Position numbers and translations under genes: made by a program. The notes beneath the pieces were generated by a model. The model did not search any database. It was given only the letters and a program-made list of their open reading frames with translations, and had not been told where the DNA came from. 64,000 bases of DNA from Mobula hypostoma (lineage: Eukaryota): NCBI RefSeq assembly GCF_963921235.1, contig NC_086097.1, positions 156,800,001 to 156,864,000 on the forward strand, in the 5' to 3' direction. Shown one piece after another: positions 27,640-39,124 of the stretch (position 1 is its first letter; each line of letters opens with the position of its first letter).

Positions 27640-28070
27640 TCATGGAGCCATAGAGCAGACAGCAAGGCAACAGGCTGTTCAGCCCACCGGGTTCATGCTG
27701 ACCAAGGTGCCCATCTAAGTGGGTCTCATTTACTTGCGTTTGACCTAAATCCCTGCAAACCTTACCTATATATGTACTGTACTTATACAGATGTCATCTA
27801 AGTATTGTTATTGTACCTGCCTCAAATACTTGCACATTCTGTATACACACATCACCCTTGGTTTGAAGATGTTTCTCCTCAGGTCTCTTTTAAATCTTTC
27901 TCCTCTCATCTTAAACCTCTGCACCTTAATTTTCGGTTCCCTTTTTTTGGGAAAAAAATTGTGCACATTCACCCTGTCAATGATTCTATACACCTCCAGA
28001 AGGTTAACCCTCTGTCTCCTATGTTCCACAGAATAAAGTTCAAGCCTGTCCAACATTTCCCTATAACTTA
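27640..28070 (-). mobile_element. CR1 LINE 3' fragment
   Basis: LSYREMLDRLELYSVEHRR...LLEVYRII...RGERFKRDLRRNIF. Confidence 0.8.
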
Positions 28071-28544
28071 AATTCAAAAATCATGATAAGGCAGCATCTA
28101 CTGTGAAAGATACAGTATGAAATCAACATTTTAGATTAATCATAATCATTCTTCACTTGAAGAAACACTATGAGGAAGAATAATAAAGTGTGGCAAGAAA
28201 ATAAATTGTTCGTATTTTTATATGCGGTTCAGTAAGAAATGACTATTGTCTTTTAGCACCGTTGTTTTGCTAGCACATATCAGCAAAAATGAATTCTAAT
28301 GGATAGTAGATTCACGCAAAATATCTTTGTCACCATACATCCACACCCAACAGGAAATTGAAGCCTAATTCTTGTTCTACAAACCAATAAAATACTGCGC
28401 CCGGTACATAAGTTATCTGTTGAAATGTTCAAATATAGCAGGAAGAAGTTCATACAGGGGATTAGGAAGGCCTAAGGGGCGAAGGAGTGTCCCTTGCAAT
28501 TAGAATTTGTTTATTATTTTCACATGTACCATGATGACAATCAC

Positions 28545-30480
28545 AACAAGTCAACAGTAGATTCATTTCATTGGCTCTTCACTCAATCCTGGTTCATCAG
28601 GGCCGCGAAAATGCATACATCAGGATACTCTTCATTGACCTTAGCTTAGTATTCAGTACCATCATCCTCTCAAAAGTTATCAGTAGCTTCAAGACTTTGG
28701 CCTCAATACCTCCTTGTGTAACTGGATCCTCGACTACCTCACTTGCAGACTCCAGTCAGTTTGGATTGACAACATTTCCTCCACAATCTCCATCAGCACA
28801 GATGTACCACAAGGCAGTGTGCTTAACCCCTGCTATGTTTGCATATACTTACGTCTGTGAGGCTAAGCACATTTCCAATGCCATTTTCAAATTTGCTGAT
28901 GACACTGCTGTCATTCGCCAAATCTAAGGTGTTGATGAATTAACATATAGGAGGGAAATTGAAAATCTGGTTGAGTGATGCCACAAAAACAATATTTCAC
29001 TCAAATATCAGCAAGATCAAGGAGCTGATTATTAACTTCAGGGGGAGGAAACTGGAGGTGTATGAGCCAGTCCTCACTGGGATTTCAGAGTTTGAGAGGG
29101 CCTGCAACTTAAATTCAATTATTCTCATTGAGGATGGTGCCATCGAACAAGGCTATCAAAGCGACATCCTCAAGGCATTCACAAAGCAGCTCCTTGCACT
29201 TCCTTTACTTTTATTATGTCTTCTTTTTTAATTCAGAGAATGTTGGAGCCTGTTGGAGCCTGTTATCTATATTCTGGCAGTGTGCTTTCAGCGCGATCAA
29301 GCAATCTGGCACTTTGTTGTCTCCAAGAGGATTCCTCGAGGCTGCAAACAAAGCATGCAGAATGGAGGCCAGGAAACCAGGAGACCATGACTGACTCCAT
29401 CGCTTGCGACCTCGTCGATTAAAGTGCTAAGGAAAATTGAAATAATTGAGGCGTGGGTGTGGAGGGCAAGCAAGTGCCTCTTGCTCACTGCTGCTGGAGG
29501 AGAGGGTGCGGTGGTCATTTTTTCCCTCTCACGCACTGCTCTCAAAGTCCTTGCTTTCGAGTGATCGCTCCCTCTATACTGTTGGAGGATCGTGCTCAGA
29601 GCAGGATTTGGTCACCATGCTTGGTAAATTTGAAATCTAATTCAGGTTTATGATGTTTTCTAGGTTTGGCCACTCCTTAGTGTGTGCTACTTTTGGGCAT
29701 TTTTGAATTGGGGTGGCCTGCAGATAATGAACACTGAAATGAACTGAAATATGCCTTTTGATTTTGAGTCTTATATTCTGTGTTTTCACTTGTTTTTTGC
29801 TGCCATTAGTGCAATTTTTTTGCAAATGGGGGAGGAAGTGTTGTTTTTTCTTTGGATCTTTGTTTCATGGCTGTCTATGGGGAAGATAAATTTCAGGGTA
29901 TGTCTGCATACATACACTGATAATACATATTTGATTCGTTCAAATTCCTTGGTCTTATCATTTCAGAAGATCTGTCCGGGATCCAGAAGGTCAATGTCAT
30001 TATGAAGAAATGCACCTTTACTTTCTGAAAAGTTTGCAAAGATTCAGCATGTCATCTAAAGCTTTGACAAAATTCTATAGATGTGTGGTGGAGAGTATAT
30101 TGACTGGCTGCTTCACAGCCTTGTATAGAAACACTTAACACCCTTAGGTGGAAAATCCTACAAAAAGAAGTGGATACAAACCAGTCCATTATGGGTAAAG
30201 CCCTCCCCATTCTTGAGCACATCTACACAGTGCGCTGCTGCAGGAATGCAGCATCATAATCAAGTTCCCCCACCATCAAGGCCATGCTTTCAGGAAGAAG
30301 ATACGGAAGTTTCAGAATCTACACCTCTAGGTTCAGGAAAAGTTATTACATCTCAACCATCAGGCTCTTAAACCAGAGGGGATAACTGCACTCAATTTCA
30401 CTTACCCCATTACTGAAATTTTCCCACAACCTATGGCCTCACTTTCAAGGATTCTTCATCTCATGTTCTTGATACTTATT
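28545..30480 (+). mobile_element. Rex1/Babar LINE RT region and 3' end, interrupted
   Basis: YIRILFIDLSLVFSTII, IFKFADDTAVI, NISKIKELIINFR and FYRCVVESILTGC; the 3' UTR runs into (ATT)n. Confidence 0.85.
29120..29940 (+). mobile_element. Non-autonomous retroposon nested in Rex1/Babar
   Basis: Interrupts the Rex1 sequence between ...gcaacttaaattc and ttcaaattccttgg. Starts gaggatggtgcc and ends ggaagataaatttcagggta...gataatacatatttga. Confidence 0.6.
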
Positions 30481-30509
30481 AATTATTATTATTATTATTA
30501 TTATTATTA
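30478..30509. repeat. (ATT)n microsatellite
   Basis: About 10 ATT units directly visible. Confidence 0.95.
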
Positions 30510-30713
30510 GCTGGGCGGTAGCATAGTCGCATCCCACTGGACTTTGAAGCGAGTGGTCTTGGTTTCAAATCCGGTCGGCTACTTACATGCTTTCCATCTG
30601 TGCTGGGTTGAGCATCAAGCTAGCAACTCAGTCCCGTAAAAGACAGACAAAAATGTTAAAGATATGACAGAGTTTTTGCCTAATGCACCACAAGATATGG
30701 AAAAGGACAACAA
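30510..30713 (+). mobile_element. tRNA-headed SINE with (ACA)n tail
   Basis: ggtagcatagtcg (A-box-like) ... ggtttcaaatcc (B-box-like). Ends gaaaaggacaacaa, and ATT repeats resume on the other side. Confidence 0.65.
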
Positions 30714-33700
30714 TTATTATTATGATGATTATTTTTATTTTTTCTCAGTTCAAGCTGATAAAACCTGAGGTGCAAGCATAGCCAAACACCCTCATTTCTT
30801 AATTGCTAGGAACTTTCAGACTATTCTAGCGGTATTTAGTATTGTGGCTTTCTGAACATTTACATAGACATTGCTGTGTAGCCCTAATTGTTTAATGCTA
30901 TTGTGCGGTGAATTTGGAATGATAGCATTTGTAAGTATTACAATCAGGACAATGTATACCCTGTTCATGTTCCATAGTCTTTCATTTTCCTCTTTTAATT
31001 CAGCATAATTCTGGTATTTTTCACTTATTAATTTCTGTATGTTATGTGCGTTTGGAATGACTATATCTATTAAGTAAGTTGTTCTTACTTGTTTTTCCCA
31101 TATTATTATATCTGGATGGTTGTCCTATCTGTAATAACTGATCAATTCTAATATAATTTGTGGGACTCTGACTGTATTATTTCTTTTTTTCCTTTTCTTT
31201 GTATTTGCACAGTTTGCTATCTTTTGCACAATTTTCATTTGTCCATCATGTTGGATGCAGTCTTTCATTGATCCTTTTGATTTTCTTGTATTTACTGGGA
31301 ATGTCCACAAGATAATGAATCTTCGAGTTCTTTATGGTGACATACGGTATATGCACTTTGATAATAAGTTACAATGAATGTGGAAGCTATAGAGAAACAC
31401 TTGTCTTGCATACTCTTCATACAGATCAAATCATTACAACTGCGCATTGATAGAGTACAAAGTAAATCAGTAAGAGAAAGCAGAATAAAGTGTAACAGCT
31501 ACACAGAAAGTGCAGTGCAGGTAAACAATAAAGTGCAAGATCATAATAAGGTAGCTTGTAAGGTCAAGAGATCACTGCGGCATCCTGCTAGGTCCATGTC
31601 TCCAATCTGAGAGAAAAGAAACCAGTACCACCTATCCCTCCTACTTCAAATATACCTTCTGGATGTTCTTATGTTTGTGAAATCAATATCTGTTAATCTC
31701 ATCCTGAACTGTCCTAAGGTGTGTGACAGTGGTGTAAAGATCCAGTTGTCTGATGTTCACCCAAATGAGTGATACAGATGTAAAAAAATGTGATAGTTGC
31801 CCAGGAGTACAAATAAATATTTGTTAAATCTGGTGTTGGTCTAATATCAAACTTGTGTCAAGAGAAAAAAATCTGGAAACAAAGGAACACAAATTAATCA
31901 TACGTACTAAGATTCACTAAGTCTTTACCATCTGCTGCATCCATGTAGATGAAAAGCTAATGCAGTCTCCCTTATACTTTGAGAAATAATGGGACTAAGC
32001 TTGACTTTGACTGATTGTGGTCATGAGTAGGTCAGCACATCATTTCTGATTTCCATTTATATTGACTTTGAGTTTACCAGTGATGTATTTAAACATTTAA
32101 CATTTATGGGAAATGGAAGCTTCAAACGAATAATATAGCTGATATCTAATGATCTCCAGTTATATATGCATATGTGAAATAAACCTTTAATTTATGCTAT
32201 TATCCTTTTTTTTGCCTCTGCTCAGTGTTTTCCTGTCATGTTTTACTCAAATTAGCTACTTTGTTATTTAAGAGCCAATTTAATTCTCTGCAAAAGTGAC
32301 TTAGATTTTAATGAATGCAGTGGATTTAACTTAGATTGTTTAACCTTACAATTAGAGGGCACAAGTATTTCATTAATATGCATGAAACTGAAGAAATTAT
32401 CCAAGGACATGGGTAGTACAAAACAGATTAGTACTGTTGATCAATGTATGTGGACAAAAACAGAAGGCATGTAAAGTAATAAAAGGCACTTATCCAATAA
32501 CTTTGGACTGAGACCAAAACAAATTTTGGGTCAGACTTTCATTTGCATTTGATCAGCAAGCACAGAATTAACACTCATGAGCTGCCTAGCAGTTGGGAAT
32601 AGTGGAAAATCTGACAGCATTTCCACAGATTGGTGCCAAAATCAATAGTTTACAATGCAAACAGACAACTGAGATGGAGGAACTCAGCAGATCAAGTAGC
32701 ATCGTCATAGGCAAAGAAATTCATGGTGTTTTAAGTCAAAAGCTTGCACACGACTGAGTGGAGAGGGAAGATAGTCAATATAATGAAGAAGTGAAGAGTG
32801 GTGAAAGAGGATCCAGTAGATGATTGTTAGACCATATGAAATAAGATCGGCAGATGGAGCCAGGAAGGAAAGATGCAGGAGTGGAGTTGGGAGACAGAGG
32901 CAGGGAAGTGATAGATAGAGACAGAAAAAAAAATCTTTTCATCCCACACATGCTGCTCCAACTGTTGAGTAGGTCCCACAGATTACTTGTTGCTCCAGGT
33001 TCCAGTAACTACAGTCTCCTGTGTCCAACTGTGCCGGGAAAGAGAGGTGCAAGAGTAGGACGGTGAAGGGGTGAGGTGAATGAAGTTGCATGTGAGCAAG
33101 CTAATATTTAAGAGCAACTGAAAGTGTCCTATTAATATAATTACCACTGTATATGACTTCTTCCCACCTTCCACAATCAGCAGCAATAATTTTAAATATC
33201 TCTGACTGACTATTCAAGTACACTACAAATGGACAGAAATTGGAAACTATGTGCAATGGTGTAGTGGAAAAGTTATTTGGTTACTTTGCAGACAACTAGG
33301 CTAATAATGTTCAAGAAGGTTAATTAAAATCTTACTAAAGAAGAAAGACAGCCTGAATTTAGTTTTCAAACAATAATTTCTGTAAAATTTATCAAGAAAC
33401 TATGGCACTGTTATTGGAAAACCATATGCTTCTCAAAGGAAATCTGTTGTCCTTACCTGTTCTGGTTTTCATGCAACTTCAATTCCAAGTCACCTCCCTT
33501 CTGAAGAGGGTACTGCTCCCACTGATTTTAAATCACACTGTGGCTCAGGAAGAAAGCCTGTCACCAGCTTCTCAGAGAAAATGTTCTTGTACATGGCTGA
33601 ACAATACCTTTTATTTTAAGTTCCCAATGTGTAAGCTCCCGTATGGCATCTGAAAAGTTTATGGCAAAGATATCTCTTTCAAATTTGTAACAAGGGCAGG

Positions 33701-35607
33701 TGATTTGATAGTCCACTGTCTCTCCATGTTACCAAATCCCAATCTAAAATACATGAAAATACATTAAAATACACATAAAAACATATTTGACCACATCACC
33801 TATATCCCATTCAAATACTTTACATTATGGAGATCCAGTAGTCCTCAGCATTGGACTAGCAATGATTTCCTTTATGCAATTAAGGCTTTATTACATTAGT
33901 CATCATTGTTGAAATTGATAAAGTGAGAAAACCTGGGCCAGAGGGGGCTCCCAGAACTTGAGCTGCAAGGACTTCTGGAATTCCTTAGGATTTGAAGGGA
34001 TACAGTGAGATCCAAATGGATGAGCGGGTGAGGGTTTCAAAACCTCAGTGTGTTGTAGTGGTGGTGATGCACAGGGCAATGAAGTTGGGATCAACATTAA
34101 GGACTGGCAACCACTTGCATGTTCAAATTCAGCAGTTTTTCAGTGATTTTGTATGAAGGTCCTCTACCCAACCAGAGGCCAGTACCCAGCAGTGCAACCA
34201 CACTACTTTATTTTTGCTCTAACCTGTAGTAGGTCTTGCCATTGATTCCCATTCCCTTCAATGTTACTTGGGCTCATGATCTCACTGTCAACTCAAATCA
34301 CCTGGCAGTCAAGGGGAGCCACTCTCACTTTACCAACTATTCCTAAGGAAGCCAAGACTAAGCGCTATGGAGCTAGTCACTGTACCTTAGTGTGGCTCAA
34401 TTATAGGCCTGCTATTGTTAAACAACAATGGCCACAATTATATATGGAGGCCATGACATGTCAGTTATTTATGCCTATATAATGAGGTGCTGTCATTAGT
34501 GATTTTCCCTAATGAATACTTAAGTCCAGCATGGAGCATTGAGTCTGGTGGTACTGCTTTTGGCAGATTGGATATAAACATGTGTACTTGACCTTGGTCA
34601 TGCTTGTAAGATGATTATATATCTTCTGCTGAAGGTATATCTTTTTGGCTTGACGCTGGTTGTTGATCATGATTGTGCCCTCCTCCCATTGGAATTAAAA
34701 CATGAACTTGGTGATTTCGTTCTGCATATTTTGGACATCCACCATCTCTTGGTCTCATCAACGAAGATATCCAGAGCTACACCTAAAAATCAGATGGTCT
34801 GAAATTACTCGTGTCACAGAACAGCGCTTACGAAGCAGTCAAACACATGGTGTGTCTTCCATCACCTTCTGCAGGCAGAGTGATCCTGCCTTTCTAAAGT
34901 TTTTGTCAGAGCTTTAGTCGACAGCAAGTATTTCAAGCGTATCATAGTGTTTCACATAATTGGATCCACAGTTGTGCACTAAGACAAGAATCAATATTGT
35001 CAGCATTATGTGAACATTTCAAAGCCAAAGTCGAGGTAGGTCAAAGTTAATTTATTATCAGAAGTACATATATGTTACTGTATACTACCTTGAGCTTCAT
35101 TTTCTTGAGAAAAATAAAGAAATACAATAGAATTTATGAAAAAATATACATAAACAAACACTTACAAGCAATCAAAGTGCTAATGACAAGTTGTGCAAAT
35201 AAAAATAAATAATGTTAAGGCTCCAGATGAATTCCTCATATGGGAGTGAGTAAAGACAATCAAATTGTTTCTCAGAATTATGTGAGGTAACAGAGAGATG
35301 TTGAAAAAAATATGTAAACATTTCTTTATTTGAAGAATATTGAAACACATTATATTTATCATCTTACATTTGCTAACAGTATGACTAAAACTAATCAAAG
35401 CATCTGTCATATTGCAAATAAAATGAGACAATGTTGAAAACTACCTCAAGAGAGCCAGCATCCCTGGAAAGGGAAACAAAATTAGTATGTCTGAATGAAG
35501 ACTCTTTCTCTGAAATTTGATCTAAAATTTTAATTCTGTGTCTCTACTTGGCTTGCTGCCTATTTCCAGCATCTGCAGGTTTTCCAAATTTTAATCCAAT
35601 TTTTAAT

Positions 35608-35736
35608 GTCCTGCCGAAGGGTTTTGGCCCGAAATGTCGACTGTACTTTTTTCCATAAATGCTACCTGGCCTGCTGAGTTTCTCCAGCATTTTGTGTGTG
35701 TTGCTTGGAATTCCAGCATCTACAGATCTTCTTGTT
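35608..35736 (+). mobile_element. Penelope terminal-repeat insertion beginning at the hammerhead
   Basis: GTC-CTGCCGA-AGGGTTTTGGCCC-GAAAT-GTC-GACTG, then the family tail. Flanks tccaatttttaat / tccagtttttaat resemble a TSD. Confidence 0.8.
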
Positions 35737-35879
35737 TCCAGTTTTTAATCCCACTTTCTTCAGTTACTGAATTGAAAATAAGTTATCAAAAAAACAATGT
35801 CCCTAGTTAATTTACGTCATTTCCAACAACAAAAGGAGTAGATTAGCAAAGCACTAGCATCAGAAACTGTCCGTATGCT

Positions 35880-36380
35880 GAACACAAACAAGAGAAAATA
35901 TGTCCATCCATGGCCTCATCCACTCTCGTGATAAGGCCACACTTCGGTTGAAGGAACAACACCTCATATTCCGTTTGAGTAGCCTCCAACCTGATGGCAT
36001 GAACATTGATTTCTCAAACTGCCAGTAATGCCTCCCCCCACTTCACCATTTCACATCCCTTTCCCCTCTCTCATGTTATCTCCTTGCCCGCTCATCGCCT
36101 CCCTCTGGTTCTTCACCCACCCCTTTTTTTTTAACTTCCATGGCCTTCTGTCTCTTTCATTGATCAACTTCCTAGCTCTCTGCTTCATTCCTTCCCCTCC
36201 AAGTTTCACCTATCACCTGGTGTTTCTCTTTCCCCTCCACCCACCTTTCAAATCTACTCATCAGCTTTCATTTTCTCCAGTCCTGCTGAAGGGTTTTGGC
36301 GTGAAACGTCGACTGTGCTTTTTCTCCATAGATGCTGCCTGGCCTGCTGAGTTCCTCCAGCATTTTGTGTGTGTTGCCAG
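35880..36380 (+). mobile_element. Penelope-like element 3' end (ORF C-terminus, pyrimidine-rich UTR, hammerhead, tail)
   Basis: ATLRLKEQHLIFRLSSLQPDGMNIDFS, a C/T-rich UTR, the ribozyme motif and the tail. Confidence 0.85.
36278..36315 (+). ncRNA. Minimal type I hammerhead ribozyme motif (best-preserved copy; core variant CUGCUGA)
   Basis: Stem I CAGTC (36278-82) pairs with GACTG (36311-15); core CTGCTGA; stem II region; GAAAC; cleavage triplet GTC (36308-10); palindromic ACGT mini stem III. Confidence 0.75.
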
Positions 36381-36559
36381 ACTGAATGCTGTATTGTTAA
36401 AGTGTAAATACCCTCTCAGACAACTGAGAGACAGATTTGAATTTTTGTTGCTAATGGCACCAATAGAAAAATGAATGCTTTCGTTATGAAAGAACTACTC
36501 TCAGTCTAAGTAAAACAATCATTTAAAATCCTCACAAAATGTGTCTTTTTACTATACAA

Positions 36560-38897
36560 TACTTAATGAATACTTTGCTTCAGTCTTCAGTGTTCAGTAT
36601 TCAGTATCTGCTTCAGGATCTTGGCGATTGTAGGGATGACTCGCAGCGGACTGAAAAGGTTGAGCATGTAGGTATTAAGCAAGAGGATGTGCTGGAGCTT
36701 TTGGAAAGCATCAAGTTGGATAAGTCACCGGGACCGGACGGGATGTACCCCAGGCTACGGTGGGAGGGAGCAGATTGCTGAGCCACTGGTGATGATCTTT
36801 GCATCATCAATGAGGACGGGAGAGGTTCCAGAGCATTGGAGGGTTGCAGATGTTGTTTCAAGATACAGGAGGAGAAGGTGGCAGCGTGCCGCGTGTGCGC
36901 AGCTCTCCAGTGAAAATGATATTGTATCTGTTAAATAGGGGCCGTGGACAATTCTGATTTGATGGAGAATGGACGGGAAAGCACAGAGGAACCTCTGGAG
37001 AAATTTCTGAAACGCCCGTTCGCTGCTGTCGTTACTGTGCAGTCATGAATCTTTCGGAGGGTAGGCCTCAAAATCCCCGGCCTTGCCTGCTTTTGGCGAC
37101 CGAGAAGGAAGTCAAATCATTCGGACAGAGATGGTGCTCAGTACTCGGTGTCGGAGAGCTGATCAGAGCTCGAAGTTTTCACATGACTCAGAGTCGGATT
37201 GTGGTTGGCATGGCAGGGAGAGTTTTTCTTCCTTCTCCCGTCTGTGTGAGATGTGGGACATTTGAGAAACTTTGAACTTTACTGTGCTCACAGACTTCTT
37301 CATCAAGTTATGGTATTGTTACACTGTTTGTAACTATATGTTATAATTATGTGGTTTTGTCAGTTTTTTCAGTCTTGGTTTGTCCTGTGTTTTGTGATAT
37401 CACACCAGAGGAAATAATGTATCATTTCTTAACGCATGCAATACTAAATGACAATAAAAGAGGACTACGTGTCTTCATAATCATCATAAGAAAGGGAGTC
37501 AAGATGGCCCAGGAAATTATAGACCAATGAGTCTTACTTCACTGGTTGGTAAGTTGATGGAGAAGATCCTGAGAGGCAGGATTTATGAACATTTGGAGAG
37601 GCATAATATGATTAGGAATAGTCAGCATGGTTTTGTCAAAGGCAAGTCATGCCTTATGACTCCGATTGAATTTTTGGAGGATGTGACTAAACACATTGAT
37701 GAAGGTAGAGCCATAGATGTAGTGTATATGGATTTCAGCAAGGCATTTGATTAGGTACCCCATGCAAGGCTTATTGAGAAAGTAAGGAGGCATGGAATCC
37801 AAGAGGACATTGCTTTGTGGATCTAGAACTGGCTTGCCCAAAGAAGGCAGAGTGGTTGTAAATGGGTCATATTTTTCAAGGAGGTCGGTGACCAATGGTG
37901 TGCCTCAAGGATCTGTTCTGGGACACCTACTCTTTGTGATTTTTATAAATGTCCTGGATGAGGAAGTGGAGGGATGGGCTAGTAAATTTGCTATGACACA
38001 AAGGTTGGGAGTGTTGTGGATAGTGTGGAGGGCTGTCAGAAGTTACAGTGGGACATTGATAAGATGCAAAACTGGGCTGAGAAGTAGCAGTTGGAGTTCA
38101 ACCTAAATAAGTGTGAGGTGGTTCATTTTGGTAGGTAAAATATGATGGCAGAATATAGCATTAATGGTAAGACTCTTGGCAGTGTGGAGGTTCAGAGGGA
38201 TCTTGGGGTCCGAGTCCGTAGGACACTCAAAGCTGCTGCACAGGTTGACTCAGTGGTTAAGAAGGCATACGGTGTGTTGGCCTTCATCAACTGTGGGATT
38301 GCGTTTAAGAGCCAAGGGGTAATGTTGCAGCTATATAGGATCCTGGTCAGACCCCACTTGGAGTACTGTGCTCACTTCTGGTCACCTCATTACAGGAAAG
38401 ATATGGAAACCATACAAAGGGTGTGGAGGAGATTTACAAGGATGTTGCCTGGATTGGGGAGCATGCTTTATGAGAATAGGTTGAGTGAACTCAGCCTTTT
38501 CTCCTTGGAGCGATGGAGGATGAGAGGTGACCTGATAGAGGTGTACAAGATAATGAGAGGCATTGATCATGTGGGTAGTCAGAGGCTTTTTCCCAGGGCT
38601 GAAGTGGCTTGCATGAGAGGGTATAATTTTAATGTGCTTGGAAGTAGGTACAGAGGAGATGTCAGGGGTAAGTTCTTTACGCAGAGAGTGGTGAGTGTGT
38701 GGAATGGGCTGCCGGTGGCAGTGGTGGAGGCAGAAATGATAGAGTCTTTTAAGAGATTCCCAGATAGATACATGAAGCTTAGAAAAACAGAGGGCTATGG
38801 GTAAGCCTAGGTAGTTCTAAGGTAAGGACATGGTCGGCACAGCTTTGTGGGCCGGAGGGCCTGTATTGTGCTGTAGATTTCCTAAGTTTCTATGTTT
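36560..38897 (+). mobile_element. CR1 LINE, 5'-truncated, with TSD
   Basis: DKSPGPDGMYPR, QHGFVKGKSCL, DVVYMDFSKAFD, GVPQGSVLG and LYRILVRPHLEYC; tail tttctatgtttcta; TSD CTATACAA (36552-36559 / 38898-38905). Confidence 0.95.
36863..37488 (+). mobile_element. ~625-bp non-autonomous retroposon nested in CR1
   Basis: Splits the CR1 FK/KG codons (ttcaag | aagaaaggg). Starts ggaggagaaggtggcagcg and ends gacaataaaagagg...cataatcatcat. Retains CpGs. Confidence 0.75.
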
Positions 38898-39124
38898 CTA
38901 TACAACCTAAGGATGTTTTTGCTTCAGTAACAATCCTCGCAGCCTCCATTATCAATACCTTCATGAAAAATGAATTGGAAGTATTTTGTTTAAAACACCA
39001 GTACACAAATTATATTGTAAAAGATTATCAATGCCAAAGAATAAGAATTTACAAACAAGAGAAAAGCCGAGCACCAAACCATAAGAATTGATCCTTTTTT
39101 GGGGTAATTAGAGAAGAGATTGCA

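Noticed and set aside
30510..30590. tRNA-like sequence (also 55060-55120)
   Set aside because: Degenerate SINE heads with no complete cloverleaf; not tRNA genes.
34500..34920. Coding-looking stretch on the minus strand (EMVDVQNMQNEITKF...)
   Set aside because: Interrupted by stops and adjacent to a relic resembling the 7550-9000 LINE; most likely old LINE debris.
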